Shown here: positions 8,051-16,395 of the stretch, in pieces | How the letters are laid out: each line of letters starts with the position of its first letter | Numbering within the stretch: the first letter of the stretch is position 1 | Translations under genes and position numbers: made by a program | NCBI GenBank assembly: GCA_002423555.1 | Contig: DIWQ01000001.1 | Span: 3,212-39,495, forward strand | DNA: 36,284 nt | DNA from: Patescibacteria group bacterium UBA6102 | Lineage (GTDB): Bacteria > Patescibacteriota > Minisyncoccia > Minisyncoccales > UBA5738 | Direction of reading: 5' to 3' | Notes under the pieces: model-generated | Told to the model about the DNA's origin: nothing | The model's database searches: none | What the model saw: only the letters and a program-made list of their open reading frames with translations

Positions 8051-8166
8051 ACATTTTCTATCGCTTCACTTTACTTCGCTTCACTTCACTTAATATTAAC
8101 CATTTTATTCATCCGCCGGAACACCCTCTGTTTGCATCGGCGATGTTTGGCGGGGAAATGTTTAGA

Positions 8167-8874
8167 TTAAAATCCAGTCAAAAAACGCAAATAATATGCA
8201 CCGATAAGCAGAAAAATTATGGCTACGGCATAGCGCAAAATTTTTTCAATTTTTTGTATCGCTTGAAAAGCCCGGCCAAGCTTTTGCGTGCTGTAAGCAA
8301 TCACGAAAGAAAAAATTATCACCGGCAATCCGGTTCCCAAGGCGAACAAAGGCGGCAAAAGCAGTCCGCCCGAAGTTTTGAGCGCCAATGGAATAAGCGC
8401 GCCGAAAAACAGTACGGCGCTATACGGGCAAAAAGCCAGTGCGAACAACGACCCCAGCAAAAACGCTCCCAAGCCGCCCTTGCTCGCCAGCCAGAGCTTG
8501 ATCTTTTCCGATCTTTCTCCGCCGGAAGGCAATTTAATCTTAACAACATTAAGCATTGCCAGACCCATAAATATCAGCAATGGACCAAGCAGTTTCTCGC
8601 CCCAGCCTTGAACGGATTTGGAGATTTGAAAAGATGAAAGGCCGTAATATATCAAAATCGCCAGCAAAGTGTAGCTGGCCGCGCGGCCCAAAGCGTAATA
8701 TGCGCCATTGGCCAAAGTATTTTTTACGTTTTTTAAACTTTGGGAAAGATAAGCGACCGCCGCAATGTTGGTTGCCAGCGGGCAGGGGCTGATTGAAGTT
8801 AAAACGCCCAACAGAAAGGCGGTAAATGCGGGAATGGTGTTGCTGTCTATCAAAGCGTTTAAAATATCCATCAT
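8167..8874 (-). CDS. DsbD/CcdA-family thiol-disulfide electron-transfer membrane protein
   Basis: This is a 235-aa polytopic membrane protein. It has the paired Cys-Pro motifs typical of the family (ISPCPLATNIAAV and FCPYSAVLF). Confidence 0.7.
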   Translation of the reverse strand: MMDILNALIDSNTIPAFTAFLLGVLTSISPCPLATNIAAVAYLSQSLKNVKNTLANGAYYALGRAASYTLLAILIYYGLSSFQISKSVQGWGEKLLGPLLIFMGLAMLNVVKIKLPSGGERSEKIKLWLASKGGLGAFLLGSLFALAFCPYSAVLFFGALIPLALKTSGGLLLPPLFALGTGLPVIIFSFVIAYSTQKLGRAFQAIQKIEKILRYAVAIIFLLIGAYYLRFLTGF

Positions 8875-9227
8875 TGTTTGCCCAGCAAGCCGTTAATTTT
8901 TCCCGCCAGATAATTTTTAAAAGCCTGCGGATCATTGGTCAAGCGCCATACTTCCGCATCTTCTTGGATGTTGTCGCTTCCCTCTCTGACGGCGTTAATA
9001 AACAAAGACGACCCGCCGGCTTGGAATTTTTCGGCCAAAGCTTTGTTTTGCGGTTGGTCAATATTCACTTCCCGGAACACCACTTTGCCGGCCAAAACCT
9101 CCGGCCCGAACCTTTCCTCAACCGTCTGGCCGCTCAATTTGCCGATGGCGATGCAAGTGGTGCATCTTTGCGTGCGGTGGAACAAAAAGACTTCCACCTT
9201 TTGCGCGGGTTCCGCCGCGATGGACAT
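8871..9227 (-). CDS. Thioredoxin-fold CxxC protein (no signal peptide visible; possibly N-terminally truncated)
   Basis: The 118-aa product has a CTTC motif in VEVFLFHRTQRCTTCIAIG. It overlaps the DsbD-like gene by 4 nt. An in-frame stop lies just upstream of the ATG. Confidence 0.5.
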   Translation of the reverse strand: MSIAAEPAQKVEVFLFHRTQRCTTCIAIGKLSGQTVEERFGPEVLAGKVVFREVNIDQPQNKALAEKFQAGGSSLFINAVREGSDNIQEDAEVWRLTNDPQAFKNYLAGKINGLLGKQ

Positions 9228-9281
9228 ATTGCCAGTGTCTTTTTGCCGGCTGGCCGCATTGTTTAAGTTGGCCTCTTATCC

Positions 9282-10052
9282 GTGACCCATGCCGCTTTTT
9301 ACGGCATTGGCGCGTATACTACCGCGATATTGCTGACAAAGAGCGGCGTCGGGTTCTTCGGTGCTTTGGTCCTGGGAATCGCAATCGCGACCGCGGTAAG
9401 TTTGCTTATCGGCGTAGTTTTATCAAGGTTTAAGGGAGATTATTACGCACTCGGCACATTGGGCTTCAATACGATCGTATTCGGCGCTTTTCTCAACTGG
9501 AAAAATTTGACGCAGGGTTCCCTGGGTATCCCCGGAATTTCCCGCCCGGAATTGTTTGGCATAAACTTCACCAATAATTTCAATTTCCTGATCCTTGCAT
9601 TGATATTTTTGATTCTGGCATACTCGGTTGCCCGTTTTGTCGCCAACTCCCCTTTTGGCCGTGTATTGAAAGCGATCCGCGAAGACGAAACCGTCATTTC
9701 CGTCTTCGGTTACGACACTTTGCATTATAAACTTGTGGTTTTTGTTATTTCCGCCGCGATGGCGGCGGTTGCCGGATCTTTATTCGCCTCATATATCACC
9801 TTCATCGATCCTTCCGGTTTTCGGGTGGCCGAGTCGATGTTCATTCTCGCGATCATTATTTTGGGCGGGCTGGCCAACCTGCGCGGTTCGCTTTTGGGCG
9901 CTTTTTTCTTGATACTGCTTCCCGAAGTTATGCGTTTTGTTGGATTCCCGTCCGATATCGAGGCTCAAATGCGGCAAGTGGTGTATGGCGTAATTCTAAT
10001 TTTGCTAATGCTTTACCGGCCACAAGGGTTGATCGGCGAATACAAGTTATGA
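9282..10052 (+). CDS. livM: Branched-chain amino acid ABC transporter permease (LivM family), 5'-truncated
   Basis: The ORF opens (GTG) inside the conserved G-H-A-A-F-x-G-I-G-A-Y block (MTHAAFYGIGAYT). An in-frame stop lies at 9264-9266. The N-terminal TM helices normally found before this motif are absent. Confidence 0.7.
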   Translation: MTHAAFYGIGAYTTAILLTKSGVGFFGALVLGIAIATAVSLLIGVVLSRFKGDYYALGTLGFNTIVFGAFLNWKNLTQGSLGIPGISRPELFGINFTNNFNFLILALIFLILAYSVARFVANSPFGRVLKAIREDETVISVFGYDTLHYKLVVFVISAAMAAVAGSLFASYITFIDPSGFRVAESMFILAIIILGGLANLRGSLLGAFFLILLPEVMRFVGFPSDIEAQMRQVVYGVILILLMLYRPQGLIGEYKL

Positions 10053-10783
10053 AGATTATCGAAACGAATAATTTAATAAAGCGCTTTGACGGCGTTCATG
10101 CCGTTGATCGGCTTTCGATCGGGATTGAAAAAGGGCAAATCACCGGCATTGTCGGGCCGAACGGGTCCGGTAAAACCACACTTATCGATCTTTTGAGCGG
10201 AGTTCTGGAAATTGATGGCGGTGAAATTATTATCGATGGGACGAAGAAAATTTCCAGGCTATTGCCGCATCAAGTTTCTCTTTACGGCATTACCCGCACG
10301 TTCCAGAATGTCCGCCTGTTTGAACAAATGACGGTGTTGGACAATATTTTGGTCGCCGAGACCGAAAGAAATGTTTTTGGATCGTTTTTCGAAGGGCATG
10401 CCCAATGCCATTATAAGACCGCCGAAGAAGTTTTGCGAAAAGTTGGGCTTTTGGAAAACAAAAATCGGTTAGCGGTCAGTCTTTCCTATGGCCAGCGGAA
10501 GCTCTTGGAAATTGCCCGGGTACTTGCGATGAAATCCCGGATTTATCTTTTTGACGAACCGTTCGCGGGCTTGTTCCCGGAAATGAGAAAAATAATTTCC
10601 AGTATTATCCAAGAACTAAAGCGGGAAAACAAAACCGTTATCCTGGTCGAGCATGATATGGGTCTGATCCGAGAGCTTTGCGAACATATTTTGGTAATGG
10701 ATGAGGGTAAATTATTAGCCCAGGGGGATCCCGGATCCGTTTTGGGGAAAAGGGAGGTTATCGAGGCGTATCTGGGCAGATAA
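10049..10783 (+). CDS. livG: Branched-chain amino acid ABC transporter ATP-binding protein (LivG-like)
   Basis: The ORF has Walker A GPNGSGKTT, signature LSYGQRKLLEIARVLA and Walker B IYLFDEPFAGL. It overlaps livM by 4 nt. Confidence 0.85.
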   Translation: MKIIETNNLIKRFDGVHAVDRLSIGIEKGQITGIVGPNGSGKTTLIDLLSGVLEIDGGEIIIDGTKKISRLLPHQVSLYGITRTFQNVRLFEQMTVLDNILVAETERNVFGSFFEGHAQCHYKTAEEVLRKVGLLENKNRLAVSLSYGQRKLLEIARVLAMKSRIYLFDEPFAGLFPEMRKIISSIIQELKRENKTVILVEHDMGLIRELCEHILVMDEGKLLAQGDPGSVLGKREVIEAYLGR

Positions 10784-10791
10784 CAACAAAT

Positions 10792-11508
10792 ATGGAAAAA
10801 GAAATCTTGCTGCAGCTCCATGATGTCTCGGTTCGCTTTGGCGGAGTAAGGGCGCTTGACGGCATCGACATTTCGCTTGATCAAGGAGAAATTGTAGCTT
10901 TGATGGGACCTAACGGCGCGGGCAAATCAACAATAATCAAAGCGATTTTCGGTTTGGTGCCGATCCGTTCCGGCGAAGTGCTATGGCACGGAAAAAAGAT
11001 ACTGCCGGTTCCGCACGAAGTCGTACAAAGGGGTATTTCTTTTGTTCCGCAAGGGCGCCGGGTATTCAGCTGCCTGACGATCGAAGAAAATTTGGAAATC
11101 GGCGGCTTTATTGTTGGCGATAAAAAGGAACTTAACCGGCGGATCGCCCAGGTCATGGAGACTTTTCCGGTATTGAAACAAAGGCGCGCGTCCAAGGCCG
11201 GAATGCTTTCGGGCGGGCAACAACAAATGCTCGCTTTGGCGCGAGGGTTGATGACCGAACCTAAAGTTTTGTTGCTTGACGAGCCATCCCTCGGCCTCGC
11301 CCCTAAAATTGTTAAAGAGGTGTTCGCAAAGATCAAAGAGATCAACGATAAACATAAAACCGCGATTTTGGTGGTCGAGCACAATATAAAATCATTGCTC
11401 GATATCGCCGATCGCGGCTATGTTTTGGATAACGGAAGGGTTGCTACCGGCGACGCTTCACAAAGAATACTTGAAAGCGGTATTTTGGAAAAAATATTCC
11501 TGGGTTGA
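10792..11508 (+). CDS. livF: Branched-chain amino acid ABC transporter ATP-binding protein (LivF-like)
   Basis: The ORF has Walker A GPNGAGKST, signature LSGGQQQMLALARGL and Walker B LLLDEPSLGLAP. Confidence 0.85.
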   Translation: MEKEILLQLHDVSVRFGGVRALDGIDISLDQGEIVALMGPNGAGKSTIIKAIFGLVPIRSGEVLWHGKKILPVPHEVVQRGISFVPQGRRVFSCLTIEENLEIGGFIVGDKKELNRRIAQVMETFPVLKQRRASKAGMLSGGQQQMLALARGLMTEPKVLLLDEPSLGLAPKIVKEVFAKIKEINDKHKTAILVVEHNIKSLLDIADRGYVLDNGRVATGDASQRILESGILEKIFLG

Positions 11509-11539
11509 CCGGTCTGATCCCGGTTCAACCGCTTCGGGC

Positions 11540-13027
11540 CTAATAGGCTTTTGCGAATATAACCCGGTTGTTTGATTTTTTCCCGCAAAAAACGCATTTA
11601 CCGGCTTCTGCTTCCACATCGAACGGAATGCATCGGATTGTCGCCATTGTTTCTTCCTTGATCTTGGCTTCGCATTCCGCCCCGCCGCACCAGTGCGCTT
11701 TGATGAATCCGGGCTTTGCGTCGATAGTTTGCTTGAAATCACCCCAGCTATCTACCGGCCGCAGGTTGTCCTTCCTGAATTTTGCCGCCTTTTCGAACAA
11801 GCTTGTTTGAATATCGGCAAGCAATTCCTTAAGTTTGATCGCGGCATCCGCTTCGGCAACAAAGCTTTTTTGACCGTTGTCGCGCCTAACATAAACTACC
11901 GATTTCTTTGCCAGATCGCGCGGACCGATTTCGATTCGGACCGGCACACCCCTTTTTTCCCAATAAAAATATTTTTCCCCGGAGCGCAACTCGCGATCGT
12001 CGAATTTGACGGCTAACCCGGTTTCGCTTTCCAATCTTTGCGCAAACTCCTTGGCGTATTTCAAAACGTTGTCGTATTCGGCCGTCCCTTGGCCGACCGG
12101 AACCACTACCGCGGAAATTGAGGCCATCTTCGGCGGCAAAACCAATCCCTTGTCGTCGCTGTGCGCCATGATCAAGGCCCCGATCAGGCGCGTGCTGACT
12201 CCCCAACTTGTCTGCCAGGCGAAATTAGGTTTCCCCTTCTCGTCCGTAAAAGAAACATTGAAAGCCTTGGCAAAATTCTGGCCCAGCATATGTGAAGTTC
12301 CCGCCTGCAGCGCCTTCCCGTCCTGCATCATCGCCTCAATGCACAAAGTCTGGTCAGCCCCAGCAAACCGTTCGCTCTCGCTCTTGTAACCGGCGATCAC
12401 CGGCAATGCCATATCCTGCTCGACAAAATCTTTGTATTCATTAATGATTTTCGATGCGAATTCGGCCGCTTCCTGGCTCGTTCGGTGAGCCGTATGGCCT
12501 TCCTGCCATAGAAATTCGGTTGTCCGCAAAAAAGGCCGGGTCCTCATTTCCCACCGTAGCACGTTGGCCCATTGATTAATCAATAAAGGCAAATCCCGAT
12601 AGGAACAGATCCAGCGCGAAAATGCATCATAGATAATGGTTTCCGATGTTGGACGGATAATCAAAGGATCGCTCAACTCGCCCGCCGGTTTCAATCCGCC
12701 CTTACCGTCGCTTTCGAGCCGATGATGCGTAACGACGGCCACTTCTTTTGCGAATCCCTCGACATGTTTCGCTTCTTTGGCAAGAAAGCTTTGGGGTATA
12801 AGCAAAGGAAAATAGGCGTTGCTTACCCCGAGTTTTTTAAATTTTTCGTCAAAGATCGTGTGGATCTTTTCCCAGAGGGCATAGCCATAAGGCTTTATGA
12901 TCATGCACCCCCTTACCGCGCTGTTGTCGGCAATGTCCGCCGCATCGATAACATCGGAATACCACTTGGAATAGTCCTCTGCTCGGGGAGTGATCTTCTT
13001 CTGTATATTTTTACTGTCGTCATCCAT
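11540..13027 (-). CDS. proS: Prolyl-tRNA synthetase, archaeal/eukaryotic-like type (no INS editing domain)
   Basis: The product starts at MDDDSKNIQKKITPRAEDYSKWYSDVIDAADIADNSAVRGCMIIKPYGYALWE and ends in CVFCGKKSNNRVIFAKAY with a terminal Tyr. I place the start at 13027 rather than the ORF-track start at 13138, which would overlap the upstream gene. Confidence 0.9.
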   Translation of the reverse strand: MDDDSKNIQKKITPRAEDYSKWYSDVIDAADIADNSAVRGCMIIKPYGYALWEKIHTIFDEKFKKLGVSNAYFPLLIPQSFLAKEAKHVEGFAKEVAVVTHHRLESDGKGGLKPAGELSDPLIIRPTSETIIYDAFSRWICSYRDLPLLINQWANVLRWEMRTRPFLRTTEFLWQEGHTAHRTSQEAAEFASKIINEYKDFVEQDMALPVIAGYKSESERFAGADQTLCIEAMMQDGKALQAGTSHMLGQNFAKAFNVSFTDEKGKPNFAWQTSWGVSTRLIGALIMAHSDDKGLVLPPKMASISAVVVPVGQGTAEYDNVLKYAKEFAQRLESETGLAVKFDDRELRSGEKYFYWEKRGVPVRIEIGPRDLAKKSVVYVRRDNGQKSFVAEADAAIKLKELLADIQTSLFEKAAKFRKDNLRPVDSWGDFKQTIDAKPGFIKAHWCGGAECEAKIKEETMATIRCIPFDVEAEAGKCVFCGKKSNNRVIFAKAY

Positions 13028-13088
13028 AATGGATTCTATTAATAAATTTCCGCGCTTGGCGCGGAATGAAGAGAAAAAAGAAAAGAGT

Positions 13089-13490
13089 TCAGGTTTGTGA
13101 CTCAACCTTCGCCCCATAACTGCATCTACAAAGGCCACAGATACCGCTACAAACCCTCCCTAGGGCATGGAGCTGGCTGGTAATCGGCTCATTACTTGGC
13201 CATGTTCCGCGGATCACTTCCTTCACGATATCCCGTACCACCCCCGGTGACTGATTCATCGGCCGCACGCAAAATCCTTCATCACAGATGCCGATTTGCG
13301 ATCCAGCATCGATTCGTTGCGCCAGCATTTCAATGATTTGCCTGGATTTGGCGTCCGGAAATTTCTCGCCATCTAACTTCACCCCGGCGACGATGGTCAC
13401 ATATCCGATCCCGCGGTCCAACATCCTGAAAGGATGTACGCAACAATGAACCATCCCGCACCTGCAAGTTGTTATTCGTACGTCATTCAT
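13089..13490 (-). CDS. Cysteine-rich hypothetical protein (133 aa; possible metal-binding)
   Basis: The start at MNDVRITTCRCGMVHCC has a perfect SD (GGAGGA, 7 nt upstream). A TTGACA-17-TAAAAT promoter lies inside the longer ORF-track version. I did not recognise a family. Confidence 0.5.
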   Translation of the reverse strand: MNDVRITTCRCGMVHCCVHPFRMLDRGIGYVTIVAGVKLDGEKFPDAKSRQIIEMLAQRIDAGSQIGICDEGFCVRPMNQSPGVVRDIVKEVIRGTWPSNEPITSQLHALGRVCSGICGLCRCSYGAKVESQT

Positions 13491-13524
13491 CAAAAATTCC
13501 TCCGGAACAATCGGTTTCGGTAAT

Positions 13525-13553
13525 ATTTTAATGTTTTTCCCTCCAATTGTCAA
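13525..13553 (-). promoter_or_regulatory. Sigma70-like promoter for the Cys-rich ORF and proS unit
   Basis: The minus strand reads TTGACA (13548-13553), a 17-nt spacer, then TAAAAT (13525-13530). This lies about 35 nt upstream of the SD and ATG at 13490. Confidence 0.5.
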
Positions 13554-13750
13554 AATTACCCGGGCGCTCGGCAAGATAATTAAAACGCTACCATTACCGC
13601 ATGCTGTCACATCAATGAATTCCCGAACTCACGCACCCGGTTTTTTTTAAACCCCATTTCGTTGCGTTTTGGGCAAATTAATAAAAAGGCGCCGTGAATA
13701 AAAAATATGTATTCCGGCAGAAAACGCTTCTTGTCTTCTGTCGGGTATAT

Positions 13751-14092
13751 TTACACGGCACCGTGTCCGCCCCCGTTTTGTTCATAAAGAACTTCCCATT
13801 CCATTGGCTCGATTATGACCGCCGTTTCCAGATCGCAGGCAACCCCTACGAATCTGTCCGGAATAACACCTAATCCGGTTCCCGATTCCGGCAACGACAT
13901 TTGACATATGCCTCGCCGGTCAACTTTTGTTATGCGCAGGCCGCGCCCTTCGGACTCGATTTTGTATGCCGCCTGGCTAATTCCGGCCAAGTACAATATC
14001 CTTCTATTCTTTGATCTGGCTTTATCGAAAAGCCCGAACGCTAATCTCTCTAAAACCTTTATCTCCGGGTTACCTAGGTTGCTGACCTCCAT
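13751..14092 (-). CDS. Hypothetical protein (113 aa)
   Basis: The ORF has a good SD (AAAGGTGA, 7 nt before the ATG) and an upstream TTGACA box. I recognised no motif. Confidence 0.45.
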   Translation of the reverse strand: MEVSNLGNPEIKVLERLAFGLFDKARSKNRRILYLAGISQAAYKIESEGRGLRITKVDRRGICQMSLPESGTGLGVIPDRFVGVACDLETAVIIEPMEWEVLYEQNGGGHGAV

Positions 14093-14181
14093 GGTATTTC
14101 ACCTTTAAGTTAAAATAGCATTCCGAACATAAAAGTGTCAATCCGCCCCCAACCCCTGGCTTTGGCGGTAAATGACATGGC

Positions 14182-14243
14182 TTTTGGCGGCAATTTGTGT
14201 ATTTTTTGCCAAAATCATTAAAGAACCGCTCCTTTTTTACTCC
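14182..14243. repeat. Copy B of the 62-nt direct repeat
   Basis: The sequence is ttttggcggcaatttgtgtattttttgccaaaatcattaaagaaccgctccttttttactcc. It is preceded by a partial tandem duplication (ggctttggcggtaaat / ggcttttggcggcaattt). Confidence 0.85.
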
Positions 14244-14268
14244 CCGTTTCCCGCCGTTTCATCTGATG

Positions 14269-15249
14269 TTAGATTTTAACCAGATTGAAGAAATAACCCA
14301 TTATTATGATGCCAACACCGGTCGCCGCGACAAATGCCGAAAGCAATTTCCAGTCCATCGCTTTCTTCAATATCAGCAATCCGGGAATTGACAAGGTAAC
14401 CGTGGCGGTCATAAACGCCAATGCCGTGCCCAGCGGCACGCCTTTGCCGGTGAGCGCTTCCACGATCGGGAGCACGCTCACCGAATTGGCGTAAAGCGGC
14501 AATCCCAAAATCGTTGCCAAGGGCACGCCCCACCAATCGGCCGCCGATAAATTATTTTCCACAAATTCTTTGGGCACAAATCCATGGATTAACGCGCCGA
14601 TGCCCACCCCGAAAACCACATACGGAAAAATCTCTTTGGTGATATACCATGCATCTTGCCGCCAAACGGCGATTTTTTTGGCCAACGGCACTTTGTTGCC
14701 GCCATTTTCTTCAATCGCATCCTGCCGGGTTTTGTATTGCAAAAAAGCCGGATTGACACTCTTTTCCAGTTTTAATTTTTGAATTGCCATCCCCGCCAAA
14801 ACGCTGACCAAAATTCCCAAACCGTTATATAAAAATGTCATTTTTAACCCGAAGATTGAAGGAAAAATGAACAGCGAGGCTTCGTTTACCAAGGGCGAGG
14901 CGATAAGGAAAGCAAAAGTCACGCCAAGAGGAATACCCGCCCCCACGAACCCGACGAACAGCGGAATCGACGAACAGGAACAAAACGGAGTTATCGTTCC
15001 CAGCATTGCCGCCAAAAGATAGTCGGCGCCGTACCATTTGCGGCCAGCCAAAATGTCGCGCACCTTTTCCACCGGCAGATAATAGCGAACCATTGCCATC
15101 AAATAGTTGATCACGACCAAAAGCAGGCCGATCTTGATGGTGTCGTAAATAAAGAAATTTATCGCATTGGCCCAATACTTGTTGGTGATGCCAAGCCAGT
15201 TATTGACAATCACATCGGCAAGCGATTGAACGGGTGAAAAAATATCCAT
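14269..15249 (-). CDS. Permease of the UPF0718/ArsP-like family (COG0701-type)
   Basis: This is a 326-aa polytopic membrane protein with the characteristic TPFCSCSSIPLF motif. It sits in the typical context with ArsR and a small thioredoxin-like protein. Confidence 0.75.
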   Translation of the reverse strand: MDIFSPVQSLADVIVNNWLGITNKYWANAINFFIYDTIKIGLLLVVINYLMAMVRYYLPVEKVRDILAGRKWYGADYLLAAMLGTITPFCSCSSIPLFVGFVGAGIPLGVTFAFLIASPLVNEASLFIFPSIFGLKMTFLYNGLGILVSVLAGMAIQKLKLEKSVNPAFLQYKTRQDAIEENGGNKVPLAKKIAVWRQDAWYITKEIFPYVVFGVGIGALIHGFVPKEFVENNLSAADWWGVPLATILGLPLYANSVSVLPIVEALTGKGVPLGTALAFMTATVTLSIPGLLILKKAMDWKLLSAFVAATGVGIIIMGYFFNLVKI

Positions 15250-15272
15250 AGTGAGTGTGATGCGAATAAGGT

Positions 15273-15524
15273 TTAATGATTGCCGGCAATAGCCTTTTTA
15301 ATTTTTTCCGCATCCGCCAAACCGGTCAAAACGGCCCTGCCGTTGACTGCCAGCACCGGAAATTGCAGAACGCCCATTGCCAACGCCTTTTGGATGTCGT
15401 CGGAATAAGCGACCTCAATGCCAAGATTTAATTCTTTGGCCGCCAAAACCGCCAATTCGTGCAGTTTCTTGCAATTGGCGCATCCCGATCCGATAACCTC
15501 AACTGATGTAATCTTGTCATCCAT
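15273..15524 (-). CDS. Small thioredoxin-family redox-active disulfide protein
   Basis: MDDKITSVEVIGSGCANCKKLHELAV... carries a CxxC and has the ~80-aa size typical of this family. I place the start at 15524, because the ORF-track start at 15560 lies inside a repeat hairpin. Confidence 0.7.
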   Translation of the reverse strand: MDDKITSVEVIGSGCANCKKLHELAVLAAKELNLGIEVAYSDDIQKALAMGVLQFPVLAVNGRAVLTGLADAEKIKKAIAGNH

Positions 15525-15556
15525 ATTTTTTGTTTGTTGGCAATTAACAATTAACA

Positions 15557-15588
15557 ACATTCCAACATTCTTGAGAATGTTGGAATGT
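15557..15588. repeat. Copy 1 of a perfect 14-bp-stem hairpin repeat (ACATTCCAACATTC-TTGA-GAATGTTGGAATGT)
   Basis: A 37-nt stretch, including the trailing TTATT, is identical to 27904-27940. It sits directly after the arsR stop codon and before the thioredoxin-like gene. Confidence 0.85.
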
Positions 15589-15891
15589 TTATTTGATTAT
15601 TTTAAAAATATTTTCCGCTATTCTTTCCCCTTTTTTGGTCAGCGAATAATGAATCCAAACCCCGTCCTTGCGGCCCTCGATTAAACCCGCTTTTTTTAAT
15701 TTATTCAAGTGGTGTGACACCAGATTTTGCGGCAAGCCAAGATGCTTGATGATCCGGCAGGCGCAATGTTCGCCGCCTCGCAAAATGCAAAGTATTTTAA
15801 GCCGGTTTTCTTGGGCCAATAACTTCAAAATCGCCGCGGCCGGCGCGAATTCTTCCTTGCGGCGGTTATTTCTGCAACATTCCGGTTTCAT
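15589..15891 (-). CDS. ArsR/SmtB-family metalloregulatory transcription factor
   Basis: The 100-aa product has a winged-HTH signature (LAQENRLKILCILRGGEHCACRIIKHLGLPQNLVSHHLNKLKKAGLI). Confidence 0.85.
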   Translation of the reverse strand: MKPECCRNNRRKEEFAPAAAILKLLAQENRLKILCILRGGEHCACRIIKHLGLPQNLVSHHLNKLKKAGLIEGRKDGVWIHYSLTKKGERIAENIFKIIK

Positions 15892-15938
15892 ATATCAATC
15901 TACATTGATATTCTATACCAACCCCAAACGCTTGTCAA
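15892..15938 (-). promoter_or_regulatory. Promoter plus palindromic operator of the arsR operon
   Basis: The minus strand reads TTGACA (15933-15938), a 17-nt spacer, then TAGAAT (15910-15915). The perfect inverted repeat ATATCAAT-n4-ATTGATAT (15892-15911) overlaps the -10 end and abuts the ATG, which implies a very short leader. Confidence 0.55.
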
Positions 15939-16074
15939 ACAAAAAAACCGCCCGCCAGACAGCCTTTTGCAATCCCCCTCCAATACCCTCCTAACAAACC
16001 TGCCAAATTGCCCTTGGCTTCAAACAGATTTGTCTTTATTTTTCTCTGTTTCTAAAATTTTTTTTACTTCGCGA

Positions 16075-16320
16075 TCAAAATTCGTATTTTTTGCCGTCGG
16101 CGGCAGTTATCCGGAAATTCCGGATAACTGAATTTTCATCCAATTCTTGCTCCAAAAATATATTTTTCAAATGTTCGTTGACTGTGCGCACATCAACATC
16201 AAAAAGCTCGGCAATCAATTTTTGCGAAAGCCAAACATTTTCATCCTCAATCCTGACATGGATTCTATTCCCGCCACCCAAAGATTGATATATGACAATT
16301 TGCGATTTTTGATTTTCCAT
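16075..16320 (-). pseudogene. N-terminal fragment of a RhuM-family (virulence/defence-island associated) protein
   Basis: The 81-aa ORF reads IVIYQSLGGGNRIHVRIEDENVWLSQKLIAELFDVDVRTVNEHLKNIFLEQELDENSVIRNFRITAADGKKY. This resembles the first ~80 residues of ~330-aa RhuM proteins and then stops. Confidence 0.6.
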
Positions 16321-16359
16321 AATCTCATTTTACCACAAAACCCATAATCCCATCCGACA

Positions 16360-16395
16360 ATTTAAATCCATATTTAAATCCGTATTTAAATCAGT
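16360..16395. repeat. Three tandem 12-nt units (ATTTAAATCCAT / ATTTAAATCCGT / ATTTAAATCAGT)
   Basis: This was read directly from the sequence. It lies 40-75 nt upstream (minus-strand sense) of the RhuM fragment start. Confidence 0.7.

Noticed and set aside
8045-8095. There is a CTTCAC-rich low-complexity stretch (acttcac...cttcactttacttcgcttcacttcactt) next to repeat copy A.
   Set aside because: The hexamer recurrences are irregular, with no fixed period, and they are absent from copy B. I treat this as simple-sequence slippage rather than a functional repeat array.
13028-13610. The ORF track gives long N-terminal extensions for proS (to 13138) and for the Cys-rich ORF (to 13610).
   Set aside because: The extensions overlap the neighbouring gene or contain its promoter (TTGACA-17-TAAAAT at 13525-13553). 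Internal starts coincide with the conserved ProRS N-terminus and with a perfect SD respectively.
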